In this document: positions 28,459-38,287 of the stretch, piece by piece
Layout of the letters: each line of letters begins with the position of its first letter
Numbering within the stretch: position 1 is the stretch's first letter
NCBI GenBank assembly: GCA_045539135.1
Contig: JAZQET010000061.1
Span: forward strand, 1,032 to 65,031
Direction: 5' to 3'
Source of the DNA: Eubacteriales bacterium
GTDB taxonomy: Bacteria; Bacillota; Clostridia; Oscillospirales; QAKW01
DNA length: 64,000 bases
Notes under the pieces: generated by a model
What the model saw: only the letters and a program-made list of their open reading frames with translations
The model's database searches: none
What the model was told of the DNA's origin: nothing
Made by a program: the position numbers and the translations under genes

Positions 28459-29181
28459 TTAAATGTATAATCCGCCGTTGGGGGAGAGCACCTGCCCTGT
28501 GTAGTGCTCCTGCTCTGCCAAAAAGAGGATAGTTTTGGCAATATCCAAGCCGTTGGCAAGGGTGCCCAAGGGCACCTGCTCTTTTAAGGCCTCCCGATCC
28601 AGATCCTTGAGCATCTTGCTTTCCACAATGCCGGGCGCCACGCAGTTGACGGTGATCTTAGAGGGTGCCAGCTCCTTGGCAAGGGCTTTGGTAAAGCCGA
28701 TCAGCCCTGCCTTTGCCGCCGAATAGGCCACTTCGCAGGAACCGCCGGTCTGCCCCCAGACCGAGGAGATATTGATGACAGACCCTTCCTTTTTGGCGAT
28801 CATGGAAGGGAGGATCAGGCGGGTCAGCGCCATATGGGAGAGCAGGTTGGTGGTGAGCACCTCGGCGATAGACTCGGTGGTCTCTTGGGTGAAGGGCTGA
28901 TAGTGCGCCACCCCGAAATTATTGACCAGCACCTGCGCGCCCCCTAATTTTTCTGCCTCTTGGGCAAGGCGGATGCGATCCTCCTCTTGGGTCAGATCCC
29001 CTTGAAACAGATGCAAGGTACCTTTAAAAGAGGCAAGGTCTTCCTTTAAGTTGCAAGCGGCTTGCTGATTTTGGCAATAGGCAAGAAGCACCTGCCAGCC
29101 TTCCCGCACCGCAAGATAGGCGGTCATACTGCCGATGGTACCGCTGCCGCCTGTGATAATCATGGTTTTCATTTTTTTCAC
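28459..29181 (-). CDS. SDR family oxidoreductase (FabG-like)
   Basis: 240 aa with ITGGSGTIGS (Rossmann fold), NISS and YSAAK (catalytic YxxxK). Confidence 0.88.
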   Translation of the reverse strand: MKKMKTMIITGGSGTIGSMTAYLAVREGWQVLLAYCQNQQAACNLKEDLASFKGTLHLFQGDLTQEEDRIRLAQEAEKLGGAQVLVNNFGVAHYQPFTQETTESIAEVLTTNLLSHMALTRLILPSMIAKKEGSVINISSVWGQTGGSCEVAYSAAKAGLIGFTKALAKELAPSKITVNCVAPGIVESKMLKDLDREALKEQVPLGTLANGLDIAKTILFLAEQEHYTGQVLSPNGGLYI

Positions 29182-29295
29182 ATCCTTATCTATATTCTAT
29201 ATGAAAACTTTTTAGAAGACAAGATTTAATTGCAAATTCTCTTAAAATCGTGTATATTAAGAGTAGACCGTACTTTTACGAAGGAGGTGGTGCGT

Positions 29296-31326
29296 GTGGG
29301 CACACCGATACGGGCATTGGCAGGAGTGGGCGACCGCCGTGCCGCCCTTTTGAAAAAAATCGGCATCTATGAAGCGGAGGATCTTTTGACCCTCTATCCC
29401 CGCCGCTATGAGGATCGCTCCAAGGTGATCCCCATTGATGAAGTGAATATGCATCGGGGAGAGGCGGTAAGCATTATCGCCACCGTGCTGGAGCCTGCGG
29501 AGCAACGGCGGATCTACGGCGGGCGCACCCTGACCCGCGTCACCGTGGGGGACGACAGCGGGGTGATGACCCTTACCTATTTTAATAACCCTTACATTAA
29601 AGAGAAGCTGAAAGAAGGGAAAACCTTTAATTTTTACGGGAAATTGGATCCCAAATCCCTTTTGAATATGATCGCGCCCCAAGCGGAAGAATTAAAAAGG
29701 GGGCAAACCCCTTCCATTCTGCCCATCTATCCTTTAACGGCGGGGCTGAACCAAGGGCAGATGCGCCGCTGGGTCAAGGAAGCCTTTTCGTTATTCAAAG
29801 GAAAAGGGGAGGATCCCCTGCCCCAAAAGCTGCGGGAAAAGTATCAGCTGGAGGAGCTGTGGGAGGCGCTGTTTTCGGTGCACTTCCCCGAAAGTATGGA
29901 GAGCGTTCTGCGGGGCAGACGGCGGCTGATCTTTGAAGAATTGCTTTATTTTCAGTTGGGATTGCGGCTGTATTCCCACCGCCAAAAGGATGAAAACCGC
30001 TATCCCATCGGTTCCTATCGGGCGGATTATGCCGCCCTGCATCCCTTTACCCCCACCGAAAGCCAGAAAAAAGCGGTGGCTGAGATCTTGGCGGATCTGA
30101 ACGGCAAGTATGCCATGAACCGCCTGCTGCAGGGGGATGTGGGCAGCGGGAAGACCTATGTGGCGGGAGAGGCGGCCTATGCGGTCCTTTCCGCCGGCTA
30201 TCAGGCGGCGGTGATGGCACCTACCGAGATCCTTGCCCGTCAGCATTACGCTTATTTTCAACCCCTGATGGAAAAACTGGGGTATCGCACCGCCCTTTTG
30301 GTGGGCTCTATGACCCAAAAAGAGAAAAAAGAGGTCTATGGGGGCTTGGAAGAGGGAACGGTCGATTTTGTGGTGGGTACCCACGCTCTTTTGCAGGGAA
30401 AAGTGCAATTTCAGCACCTTGGTCTGGTGATCGCCGATGAACAGCATCGGTTCGGTGTCCGCCAGCGGGCGACCCTTGCCCAAAAGGGCAAAAAGCCTCA
30501 TATTTTAGTGATGTCTGCCACCCCCATTCCCCGCACTATGGCATTGATGGTGTGGGGGGACTTGGATCTTTCGGTGCTGGAGGGAAGACCTGCAGGACGA
30601 AAGGAGATCCAAACCTTCTTGGTGGACAGCAGTTATTCCGAGCGGTTGCAGACCTTTATGGAGCAGCAGATCGCCGAGGGCGGTCAGGTCTATATGGTCT
30701 GCCCCTTGGTGGAGGAGAATGAAGAGCTGGATCTGCGGAGCGCCGAAGCCCAATTTGAGGCACTGCGGGAGCAATACGGCAAGCAGGCGGATATGATCCA
30801 CGGCAAGATGAAGCCTGCCTTAAAAGATGAGGCTATGGCGCGGTTTGCCGCGGGGGAGACGAAGATCTTGGTGTCCACCACCGTCATCGAAGTGGGCATC
30901 AATGTGCCTGCCGCCACCTTAATGATTTTGCAGAATGCCGAGCGGTTCGGGCTTTCCCAGCTCCATCAGCTGCGGGGGCGGGTAGGAAGAGGCGCCCGCC
31001 AATCCTATTGCATTCTCATCAGCGATCATAAGGGCGAGGCGACCTTGGAGCGGCTGAAGTATTTTTGCTCCACCACCGATGGCTTTGCCATCTCGGAAAA
31101 GGATCTGGAGCTGCGGGGACCCGGTGATTTCTTCGGCTCCATGCAGCACGGTCTGCCGAAAATGCAGATCGCCGATTGCGCCACCGACATCTCCTTGCTC
31201 ACCCTTTCCAATTCCTGCGCCAAGCGGATGCTGGACTTTGATCCCGCGTTGACGGCAGACCATAACCGCTTGATCCGCAAAAAGGTGGAAGAATTGTTCC
31301 AAAAAGAGGATACGGTTTTTAATTGA
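29296..31326 (+). CDS. recG: ATP-dependent DNA helicase RecG
   Basis: Wedge domain plus superfamily 2 helicase: GDVGSGKT, DEQHRFG, QLHQLRGRVGRG. I place the start at GTG 29296, 6 nt after AAGGAGG (the track ORF starts at 29230). Confidence 0.93.
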   Translation: MGTPIRALAGVGDRRAALLKKIGIYEAEDLLTLYPRRYEDRSKVIPIDEVNMHRGEAVSIIATVLEPAEQRRIYGGRTLTRVTVGDDSGVMTLTYFNNPYIKEKLKEGKTFNFYGKLDPKSLLNMIAPQAEELKRGQTPSILPIYPLTAGLNQGQMRRWVKEAFSLFKGKGEDPLPQKLREKYQLEELWEALFSVHFPESMESVLRGRRRLIFEELLYFQLGLRLYSHRQKDENRYPIGSYRADYAALHPFTPTESQKKAVAEILADLNGKYAMNRLLQGDVGSGKTYVAGEAAYAVLSAGYQAAVMAPTEILARQHYAYFQPLMEKLGYRTALLVGSMTQKEKKEVYGGLEEGTVDFVVGTHALLQGKVQFQHLGLVIADEQHRFGVRQRATLAQKGKKPHILVMSATPIPRTMALMVWGDLDLSVLEGRPAGRKEIQTFLVDSSYSERLQTFMEQQIAEGGQVYMVCPLVEENEELDLRSAEAQFEALREQYGKQADMIHGKMKPALKDEAMARFAAGETKILVSTTVIEVGINVPAATLMILQNAERFGLSQLHQLRGRVGRGARQSYCILISDHKGEATLERLKYFCSTTDGFAISEKDLELRGPGDFFGSMQHGLPKMQIADCATDISLLTLSNSCAKRMLDFDPALTADHNRLIRKKVEELFQKEDTVFN

Positions 31327-31399
31327 CAATATTTTCTTGAATTTTTTGTTTCATTTCGCCAAAAATAAAAGCGTAAACCTTAAAAGGAGGTGAAATGAA

Positions 31400-31582
31400 A
31401 TGGATAAGAATGTTAAGAGCAATGCGAAAGCAGGTCTTGATAAGATGAAGTTCGAAGTTGCCCGCGAGATCGGTGTGGATCTGAAGCAGGGTTACAACGG
31501 TGATTTGACTTCCGCTCAGGCAGGTCACATCGGCGGCCAGATGACCAAGAAGTTGGTTGAGAAGGCAGAGCAATCTCTGTAA
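31400..31582 (+). CDS. Small acid-soluble spore protein, alpha/beta type
   Basis: 60 aa. KFEVAREIGVDL and GGQMTKKLVEKAEQ match the alpha/beta SASP signatures. GGAGG lies 9 nt upstream. Confidence 0.9.
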   Translation: MDKNVKSNAKAGLDKMKFEVAREIGVDLKQGYNGDLTSAQAGHIGGQMTKKLVEKAEQSL

Positions 31583-31597
31583 GTCCATTTTGGATAT

Positions 31598-31626
31598 AAA
31601 AAAGGAGCCCATACGGGCTCCTTTTT
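31598..31626. terminator. Bidirectional terminator (SASP gene / pgsA)
   Basis: AAAAAGGAGCCC-ATAC-GGGCTCCTTTTT. Confidence 0.8.
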
Positions 31627-31629
31627 GCT

Positions 31630-32223
31630 TTATTTTCGATAGTCTAAATACTTCCAGTTCTTCACCAGATACTCGGTGCCGGAGATGAGGGTCAAAAGGG
31701 TGGCAAGGAGCATCAGCGCCGAGCCGAAAACGGCGGTGGTTTCGGGCGCGGCACCGCCGAGGAAGGGAACCGACCAAGCAAATTCTGCCTCGCCCAAAAG
31801 GGCAGGCTCCACCATCAAAAGGAGGGTGGCGATCATTTGGGTCACGGTCTTTGCCTTGCCCCACCAGCCTGCGGCGATCACTTTGCCGCCGCTTGCCGCC
31901 ACCAAGCGGATGGAGGTGACCATCAGCTCTCGCGCAATAATGATCACGGTAATGAGGGGGTGGATCAAGCCTTGATACTGAAGAAGCACCAAGGCGGTAA
32001 TGACCAGCATTTTATCCGCCAAGGGGTCCAAAAATTTGCCGAAGTCGGTCACTTGATTGTTTTTTCGTGCCAGATGCCCGTCGATGGCATCGGTGGCAGA
32101 GGCGATGGCGTAAATCGCCGCCGCGATCAGGGGACCCCAAGGGGCATCCACCAGCAAAAAGACCGCCATAAACACAGGGATCATCAGCACCCGCAGAAGG
32201 GTCAGCTTATTGGGTGTATTCAT
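31630..32223 (-). CDS. pgsA: CDP-diacylglycerol--glycerol-3-phosphate 3-phosphatidyltransferase
   Basis: 197 aa with the CDP-alcohol phosphatidyltransferase motif DAIDGHLARKNNQVTDFGKFLDPLADK. Confidence 0.92.
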   Translation of the reverse strand: MNTPNKLTLLRVLMIPVFMAVFLLVDAPWGPLIAAAIYAIASATDAIDGHLARKNNQVTDFGKFLDPLADKMLVITALVLLQYQGLIHPLITVIIIARELMVTSIRLVAASGGKVIAAGWWGKAKTVTQMIATLLLMVEPALLGEAEFAWSVPFLGGAAPETTAVFGSALMLLATLLTLISGTEYLVKNWKYLDYRK

Positions 32224-33545
32224 TCCACCATTCCTCCGATCAGATCATAGTCCATTATTTCTTCGATCTCCACCTGCACCAGATCGCCGGGGGCGACACT
32301 GCTTGCGGCGGTAAAGAAGATCTTGCCGTCGATGTCCGGTGCTTCCCGCACGCTTCTGCCGTACCAGCATTCGCCGAAGCGGTCATAGCCTTCCACCAAA
32401 ACGGTTAAGGTCTTGCCCGGCATGGCGGCTTGCTTTTCTTCCACCACGTCGGTCTGCACCGTTTCGATGATCTCCCGCCGTTTTTCTTTGACCTCATCCT
32501 CGATCTGGTCGGGCATCTCATAGGCGGGGGTGCCTTCCTCTTTGGAATAGCAGAACACCCCTAATTTATCAAATTTCGCTTTGCGTACAAAGCGGCAAAG
32601 GGCATCGAATTCCTCCTCGGTCTCGCCGGGGAAGCCCACGATCAGGGTGGTGCGCAGGGTCACATCGGGTACCCGCGCCCGCAGGTTCTCCAAAAGGGAG
32701 AGCAGCTGCTCTTCGTCGCCCTTGCGGTTCATTCGTTTTAATACACTGCCCACACTGTGCTGAATGGGCATTTCAATATAAGGGATCAGTTTTTCCTCGG
32801 TGGCGAAAAGATCGATCAGTTCTTCGTCGATCTTATCGGGATAGAGATAAAGCAAGCGCAACCAGCAAAGCCCCTCGATCTTGGTCAGTTCCTTGATCAG
32901 GGCGGGGAGGCTGGGCTTGCCGTAAAGATCCGCGCCGTAGTTGGTGGTATCTTGGGCGATGAGGATCAGCTCCTTGGCGCCCTCTGCCACGCAAGCGCGG
33001 GCTTCTTCCAAAATGGTTTCCATCGGCCGACTGCGAAAAGGTCCTCGAATGGCGGGGATACAGCAGTAGGTGCACCGATTGTTGCACCCGTCGGCAATTT
33101 TGATATAGGCGGTATAGGCGGGGGTGGTGCGGAGACGCTCCCCTTCTAATTGGAGGTTTTCGTTGCTGTCGAACCAAGCCACCTTATTGCCGCGGAGCAC
33201 TTCCTCCACCGCATCGGTGATCCGCTGAAAGCTGCCCACGCCCAAAAAGCCGTCCACTTCGGGCAATTCCTCGGCGATCTCCTTTTGGTACCGCTCCGAA
33301 AGGCATCCGGCAACGATGATCTTCTCCACCTTGCCCTCTGCCTTCAGCTGCGCCACCTCAAAGATGGTCTCCAAGGCCTCTGCTTTGGCGCTTTCAATAA
33401 AGCCGCAGGTGTTGATCACCGCCACTTGCGTGTCCTCCAGATCGGAGACCAGCGTGTAGCCTGCATTGCGGCAGGAAGCCATCATTTTTTCTGTATTGAC
33501 GGTGTTTTTCTCACACCCTAAACCGATAAAGCCGATTTTAATCAT
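32220..33545 (-). CDS. rimO: Ribosomal protein S12 methylthiotransferase RimO
   Basis: Starts [14 protein letters not shown] (UPF0004 domain). Radical SAM CNNRCTYCCIP and a C-terminal TRAM domain are present. ATG 33545 overlaps the recX stop. Confidence 0.9.
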   Translation of the reverse strand: MIKIGFIGLGCEKNTVNTEKMMASCRNAGYTLVSDLEDTQVAVINTCGFIESAKAEALETIFEVAQLKAEGKVEKIIVAGCLSERYQKEIAEELPEVDGFLGVGSFQRITDAVEEVLRGNKVAWFDSNENLQLEGERLRTTPAYTAYIKIADGCNNRCTYCCIPAIRGPFRSRPMETILEEARACVAEGAKELILIAQDTTNYGADLYGKPSLPALIKELTKIEGLCWLRLLYLYPDKIDEELIDLFATEEKLIPYIEMPIQHSVGSVLKRMNRKGDEEQLLSLLENLRARVPDVTLRTTLIVGFPGETEEEFDALCRFVRKAKFDKLGVFCYSKEEGTPAYEMPDQIEDEVKEKRREIIETVQTDVVEEKQAAMPGKTLTVLVEGYDRFGECWYGRSVREAPDIDGKIFFTAASSVAPGDLVQVEIEEIMDYDLIGGMVE

Positions 33546-34165
33546 CAAAATCCTCCGCTGCGCGATGCAGACCGTTGCGAATGGTTTCATAGTCAAAGCC
33601 AAGGCGCAAAAGACCTTGGATCACCTTTTGCACCTCTTTGGGATCGGAAAGGTTCCGATTGCGGTATTTGCCCGCAAGGTGGGCAAACACCGATTCTTCA
33701 AAGTCCGTTTCCAGCGCCTCCGTCGCTTCTTGGGCAAGGGGGGCGGGAATGCCCTTTTGGATCATCTCCGTCAGGATCCGCCGCGGACCCCAAAGCTTGC
33801 TTTGGGCATACCGCGCCGCAAGGCGGCGGGCAAGGCGGTCATCGTCGATAAACCCTTGCTCCTCCATTTTGTCGCAGGCCGCATCCGCTACCTGCGGCTC
33901 AATGCCGAAGCGGGTAAGCTTTTCATACAGCCGCTTGCGGGAAAGATCCCCGTAGGCAAGGTACTGATAGGCCTTTTCCTTGGCGGGCACCAACTGCGCC
34001 GCCAAAAGCAGCGCCTCTGCCTCCTCTTCGCCGAAGGGCGCGCCCACATAGAGGTCCTGTTGGGCGGTAAGCTCCAGCGGCAGGGTGGCATAAAATTCCC
34101 CGTCCACAAAAAGGTCCCGATGGTCGGGCTTTTGGGGATTGACCGCAAGGGCGGTAATGAGGGGT

Positions 34166-34191
<26 letters not shown>
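33538..34191 (-). CDS. recX: Recombination regulator RecX
   Basis: About 213 aa of helical repeats, immediately downstream of and overlapping recA. The start is either 34191 or 34179. Confidence 0.85.
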
Positions 34192-35272
<1,081 letters not shown>

Positions 35273-35431
35273 ATCAAACATCCTCCTCTATATAGAGTTC
35301 TTTATATATTTATACAGATTAATTATATAATAGAGATAAAAATAAATCAAGGGGAAGAGAAAACTTTTAGCGCTTCGCGCCCACATTTTGTGCGTCTTGT
35401 GCGTTGCCCCTTACCCTCATTCTATGACCGA

Positions 35432-35712
35432 CCGCACAAATGAATTGTGCGGGAGAAGATAACGTAGCAGAGCACACAAATAGATTGTTCGGCAACAAAT
35501 TCCACAGAGGGAAGCGCACAAATAGATTGTGCGGGAGAAGATTCTGTAGAGGGTGCGCACAAATGAATTGTGCGGGAGACAGAGAAGTGTGGGAGGGCGC
35601 ACAAATAGATTGTGCGGCAGAGGGTATCACGGAAAGGATGCACAGCAGAACGCACAAATGAATTGTGCGGTAGAGGACTTCATAGAGGGGAACGCACAAA
35701 TGAATTGTGCGG
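35432..35712. repeat. Array C: 7 direct copies of the palindrome CCGCACAA-ATRRA-TTGTGCGG in a ~42 bp tandem unit
   Basis: 21-mers start at 35432, 35472, 35514, 35555, 35597, 35650 and 35692 (spacings 40, 42, 41, 42, 53, 42), all in the same orientation. Purine-rich spacers are related to each other (GAGAAGAT..GTAGAGGG). Confidence 0.9.
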
Positions 35713-35778
35713 ATGGGGAGAAAAAGGGTTGTTTTTTGCAGAGAGGTGCGGTAAAATTAGGATAGAGAAAAGGGGGAG

Positions 35779-36087
35779 ATGAAGATGGAGCGTGTTTTCA
35801 GCAAGCGGTTGCGGCAATTAAGGATTGAGAAGGGCGTTTCGGCGAAGCATATGAGCCGAGAGCTTGGGATGACGGAAAACTACATTTACAACATCGAGGC
35901 GGGTTATGCTTATCCCTCTATGACACAGTTCTTTTCCATCTGCACATATCTTGACATTGCGCCGGCGAAGTTTTTAGTATTTGAGCCGGAGACGTCCGCC
36001 AAAGAGGATGAGTTGTTGGAAGCCGTTGACGGTTTTGACAACGAAAGGATACAACAAATAATTGAATATGCCAAAGGCATCCGATAA
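35779..36087 (+). CDS. XRE family helix-turn-helix transcriptional regulator (102 aa)
   Basis: FSKRLRQLRIEKGVSAKHMSRELGMTENYIYNIEAGYAYPSMTQFFSICTYLDIAPAKFL is an HTH_3. Preceded by GGGGGAG, with a possible TTGTTT-17-TAAAAT promoter. Confidence 0.85.
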   Translation: MKMERVFSKRLRQLRIEKGVSAKHMSRELGMTENYIYNIEAGYAYPSMTQFFSICTYLDIAPAKFLVFEPETSAKEDELLEAVDGFDNERIQQIIEYAKGIR

Positions 36088-36112
36088 AAGATCCGCAATG
36101 CGGATCTTTTTT
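36086..36112 (+). terminator. Rho-independent terminator
   Basis: AAAAGATCCGC-AAT-GCGGATCTTTTTT. Confidence 0.8.
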
Positions 36113-36179
36113 CTATTGCAAAAGAGGCGGCGGGGTGTTACAATACGAGGGTCACCTTAAGAAATAACGAGGAAAGAAA

Positions 36180-37568
36180 ATGATGATACGGAAATTGGTA
36201 GGGGATCGCGCCTTTTACAGACGGCTTTTTGCCTTGGCGCTGCCCATTATGGTTCAAAACGGCATAACCAACTTTGTGAATATGCTGGACAATATTATGA
36301 TCGGTCGGGTGGGCACCGTGGAGATGAACGGAGTGGCGGTAGCCAACCAGTTGTTCTTTGTGTTCAATCTGTGCATTTTCGGTGCGGTGTCCGGCGCGGG
36401 GATCTTCAGCGCGCAGTTTTACGGCAAAGGCGATGCCAAGGGCGTGCGGGACACCTTCCGCTTCAAGCTGATCTTTTGCGGTCTGCTGGTGCTTGGCGGC
36501 ATCGGGCTGTTTTTGGGGGCTGGCGAGAGTCTGATCTCCCTGTATCTGCGGGGCGAAGGCAGTGCGGCGGATGCGGCGGCATCCCTTGGCTTCGGCAGAG
36601 GGTATATGAACATTATGCTGATCGGTCTTGTGCCCTACACGCTGGTGCAATGCTACTCCGGCACCCTGCGGGAGTGCGGGCGCCCCATGGTGCCCATGAC
36701 GGCGGGGATCGTGGCGGTTTCAGTGAATTTGGTGTTCAACTACATCCTGATCTTCGGCAAATTCGGCGCCCCCGCCTTGGGGGTCAACGGCGCCGCCGTT
36801 GCCACCGTGCTTTCCCGCTTTGCGGAACTGCTGGTGGTGGCGTTCTGGACCCATTTCCACAAAGAGAAAAATCCCTTCATCATCGGGGCCTATCGCAGTC
36901 TGCGGGTACCCAAAAAGCTGGTGGGTCAGATCCTGGTGAAGGGCTTGCCCCTGATGCTCAACGAAGCCCTTTGGGCGGCGGGGATCGCCACCGTCAATCA
37001 ATGCTATTCGGTGCGGGGTCTGAATGTGGTGGGTGCCCAAAACATTTCCCAAACCTTCTGGAATGTCTTTTCCATCGCGTTTATGGCGGTGGGGGTTGCC
37101 AACGGCATTATTTTGGGGCAGATGCTGGGCGCCAAGGATCAAAAGGGCGCCAAGGATGCCGCCAATAAGCTGATCGCTTTTTCGGTGTTTGTGAGCATTC
37201 TGGTGGGGGCGGTCTACGCCCTTGCCGCAGAGTGGATCCCCCTTGCCTATAACACCACCGACGAAATCCGCCTGCTTGCCACCCGCCTGATGCAGATCAG
37301 CGCCTTGGCAATGCCGCTGGATGCCTTTTCCCATGCCGCCTATTTTACTCTGCGCAGCGGCGGCAAGACCTTTATCACCTTCTTATTCGACAGCGGATTT
37401 GTTTGGGCGGTACATGTGCCCCTTGCCTTCTTTGTGAGCCGCTATACCGCCATGCCCATCCTGTTGCTCTTTGGGTTGGTGCAGTTGACCATCAGTCTGA
37501 AGGTGGTGCTGGGTTGGTACTTTGTGAAAAAGGGAATATGGATTAAAAATATAGTAGAAGAAACTTAA
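36180..37568 (+). CDS. MATE family efflux transporter
   Basis: 462 aa with 12 TM helices. The N-terminal ALPIMVQNGITNFVNMLDNIMIGRVG is typical of MatE. Confidence 0.9.
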   Translation: MMIRKLVGDRAFYRRLFALALPIMVQNGITNFVNMLDNIMIGRVGTVEMNGVAVANQLFFVFNLCIFGAVSGAGIFSAQFYGKGDAKGVRDTFRFKLIFCGLLVLGGIGLFLGAGESLISLYLRGEGSAADAAASLGFGRGYMNIMLIGLVPYTLVQCYSGTLRECGRPMVPMTAGIVAVSVNLVFNYILIFGKFGAPALGVNGAAVATVLSRFAELLVVAFWTHFHKEKNPFIIGAYRSLRVPKKLVGQILVKGLPLMLNEALWAAGIATVNQCYSVRGLNVVGAQNISQTFWNVFSIAFMAVGVANGIILGQMLGAKDQKGAKDAANKLIAFSVFVSILVGAVYALAAEWIPLAYNTTDEIRLLATRLMQISALAMPLDAFSHAAYFTLRSGGKTFITFLFDSGFVWAVHVPLAFFVSRYTAMPILLLFGLVQLTISLKVVLGWYFVKKGIWIKNIVEET

Positions 37569-37571
37569 ATT

Positions 37572-37601
37572 GAAGCACCCTCCTTTCGGAGGGTGCTTTT
37601 G
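37572..37601 (+). terminator. Rho-independent terminator
   Basis: AGCACCCTCC-TTTC-GGAGGGTGCTTTT. Confidence 0.85.
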
Positions 37602-37687
37602 CGATATTCGTGTAAAACACCAGCGAGATAACGTTCGTTGCGCTATGCGAAGACCGCGCGATATACGGCTTCGCCGTGCAAACGGGT

Positions 37688-37716
37688 TTGACAAATCTTT
37701 GAGCCCGTGATAGAAT
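37688..37716 (+). promoter_or_regulatory. Sigma-A promoter driving the cobalamin riboswitch leader
   Basis: TTGACA (37688-37693), 17 nt, then TAGAAT (37711-37716). Confidence 0.7.
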
Positions 37717-37730
37717 ACGGAGCAGAAACA

Positions 37731-38160
37731 CGCTGTCAAACAAGGAAGAGGGGTGTGAATCCCCCGCGATCCCGTCGCCGTGATGGACGATGGAGCAAGG
37801 CGTTTGACCACTGCACCGAGAACGGGTGCGGGAAGGTGCCTTAAGGTAACAAGAGCAATCCGAACCTGCCTCAAAGCGGGATATTTCGGCGCTTTTTACC
37901 CAATTTATTCTTGCAAGGCGTCAAGCCTTGCTGCACCTAAATTGAGCAAAAATCCCTCGAAATCTCCTCGCTTTGAGGTCGAAGATTTTGAAAAGTGCGC
38001 ATTTTTGATCAATCAAGGCGCAAAACGGAGCCAATACTGCCGTATTGGCGAGTATTTTAACGAAGAGTGAACGAAAATCCGCCTTTTCAAAACAGATTCA
38101 GATTGCTCTTGTTACCTTACGCTCCGCTTGAGTCCTCAGCCGAAAGACTTCTTGACAGCG
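37731..38160 (+). promoter_or_regulatory. Cobalamin (B12) riboswitch aptamer, interrupted by a 274-bp MITE
   Basis: The P1 strands are CGCTGTCAA (37731-37739) and TTGACAGCG (38152-38160). Core elements match the btuB-type consensus as I recall it: AGGAAGAGGGGTGTGAATCCCC, GACCACTGCACC..GGGTGCGGGAAGGTGCC, and a B12-box-like AGCCGAAAGACTT (38138-38150). A hairpin plus T-tract follows (about 38160-38215). Downstream genes are a DUF4430 protein and an ECF S component. Confidence 0.75.
37844..38117 (+). mobile_element. MITE copy A (274 bp, ~25-bp imperfect terminal inverted repeats, TA target-site duplication)
   Basis: Ends are AGGTAACAAGAGCAATCCGAAC and the imperfectly inverted GATTCAGATTGCTCTTGTTACCT, flanked by TA (37842-43) and TA (38118-19). 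About 80% identical to the reverse complement of 47990-48263. Confidence 0.85.
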
Positions 38161-38287
38161 GATCGGAAAGACGGTCACGATGAATGACACCGCTCGCTTT
38201 GATCCTTTTCAGGCAGAAAAAGGAAAGAAGGGGCGGCAAAAAAGTTTTTTCAGATCAGTTTCGAATAAAATATAAGGAGAAAAAAGA

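Noticed and set aside
31327-31399. A forespore sigma-G-type promoter upstream of the SASP gene.
   Set aside because: It is expected biologically, but the best candidates (TGAATT...CAAAAATA) match the consensus too loosely for me to call coordinates.
35273-35431. A LexA (Cheo) box upstream of recA.
   Set aside because: I found no GAAC-N4-GTTC in the region between the recA start and array C. Only isolated GAAC/GTTC half-sites occur (for example AGAGTTCTTTATATA).
37780-38070. 96-aa ORF inside MITE copy A, and the similar 97-aa ORF 48085-48378 across copy B.
   Set aside because: The similarity is due to the shared DNA element. The frames run across element boundaries, and 274 bp is too short to encode a transposase.
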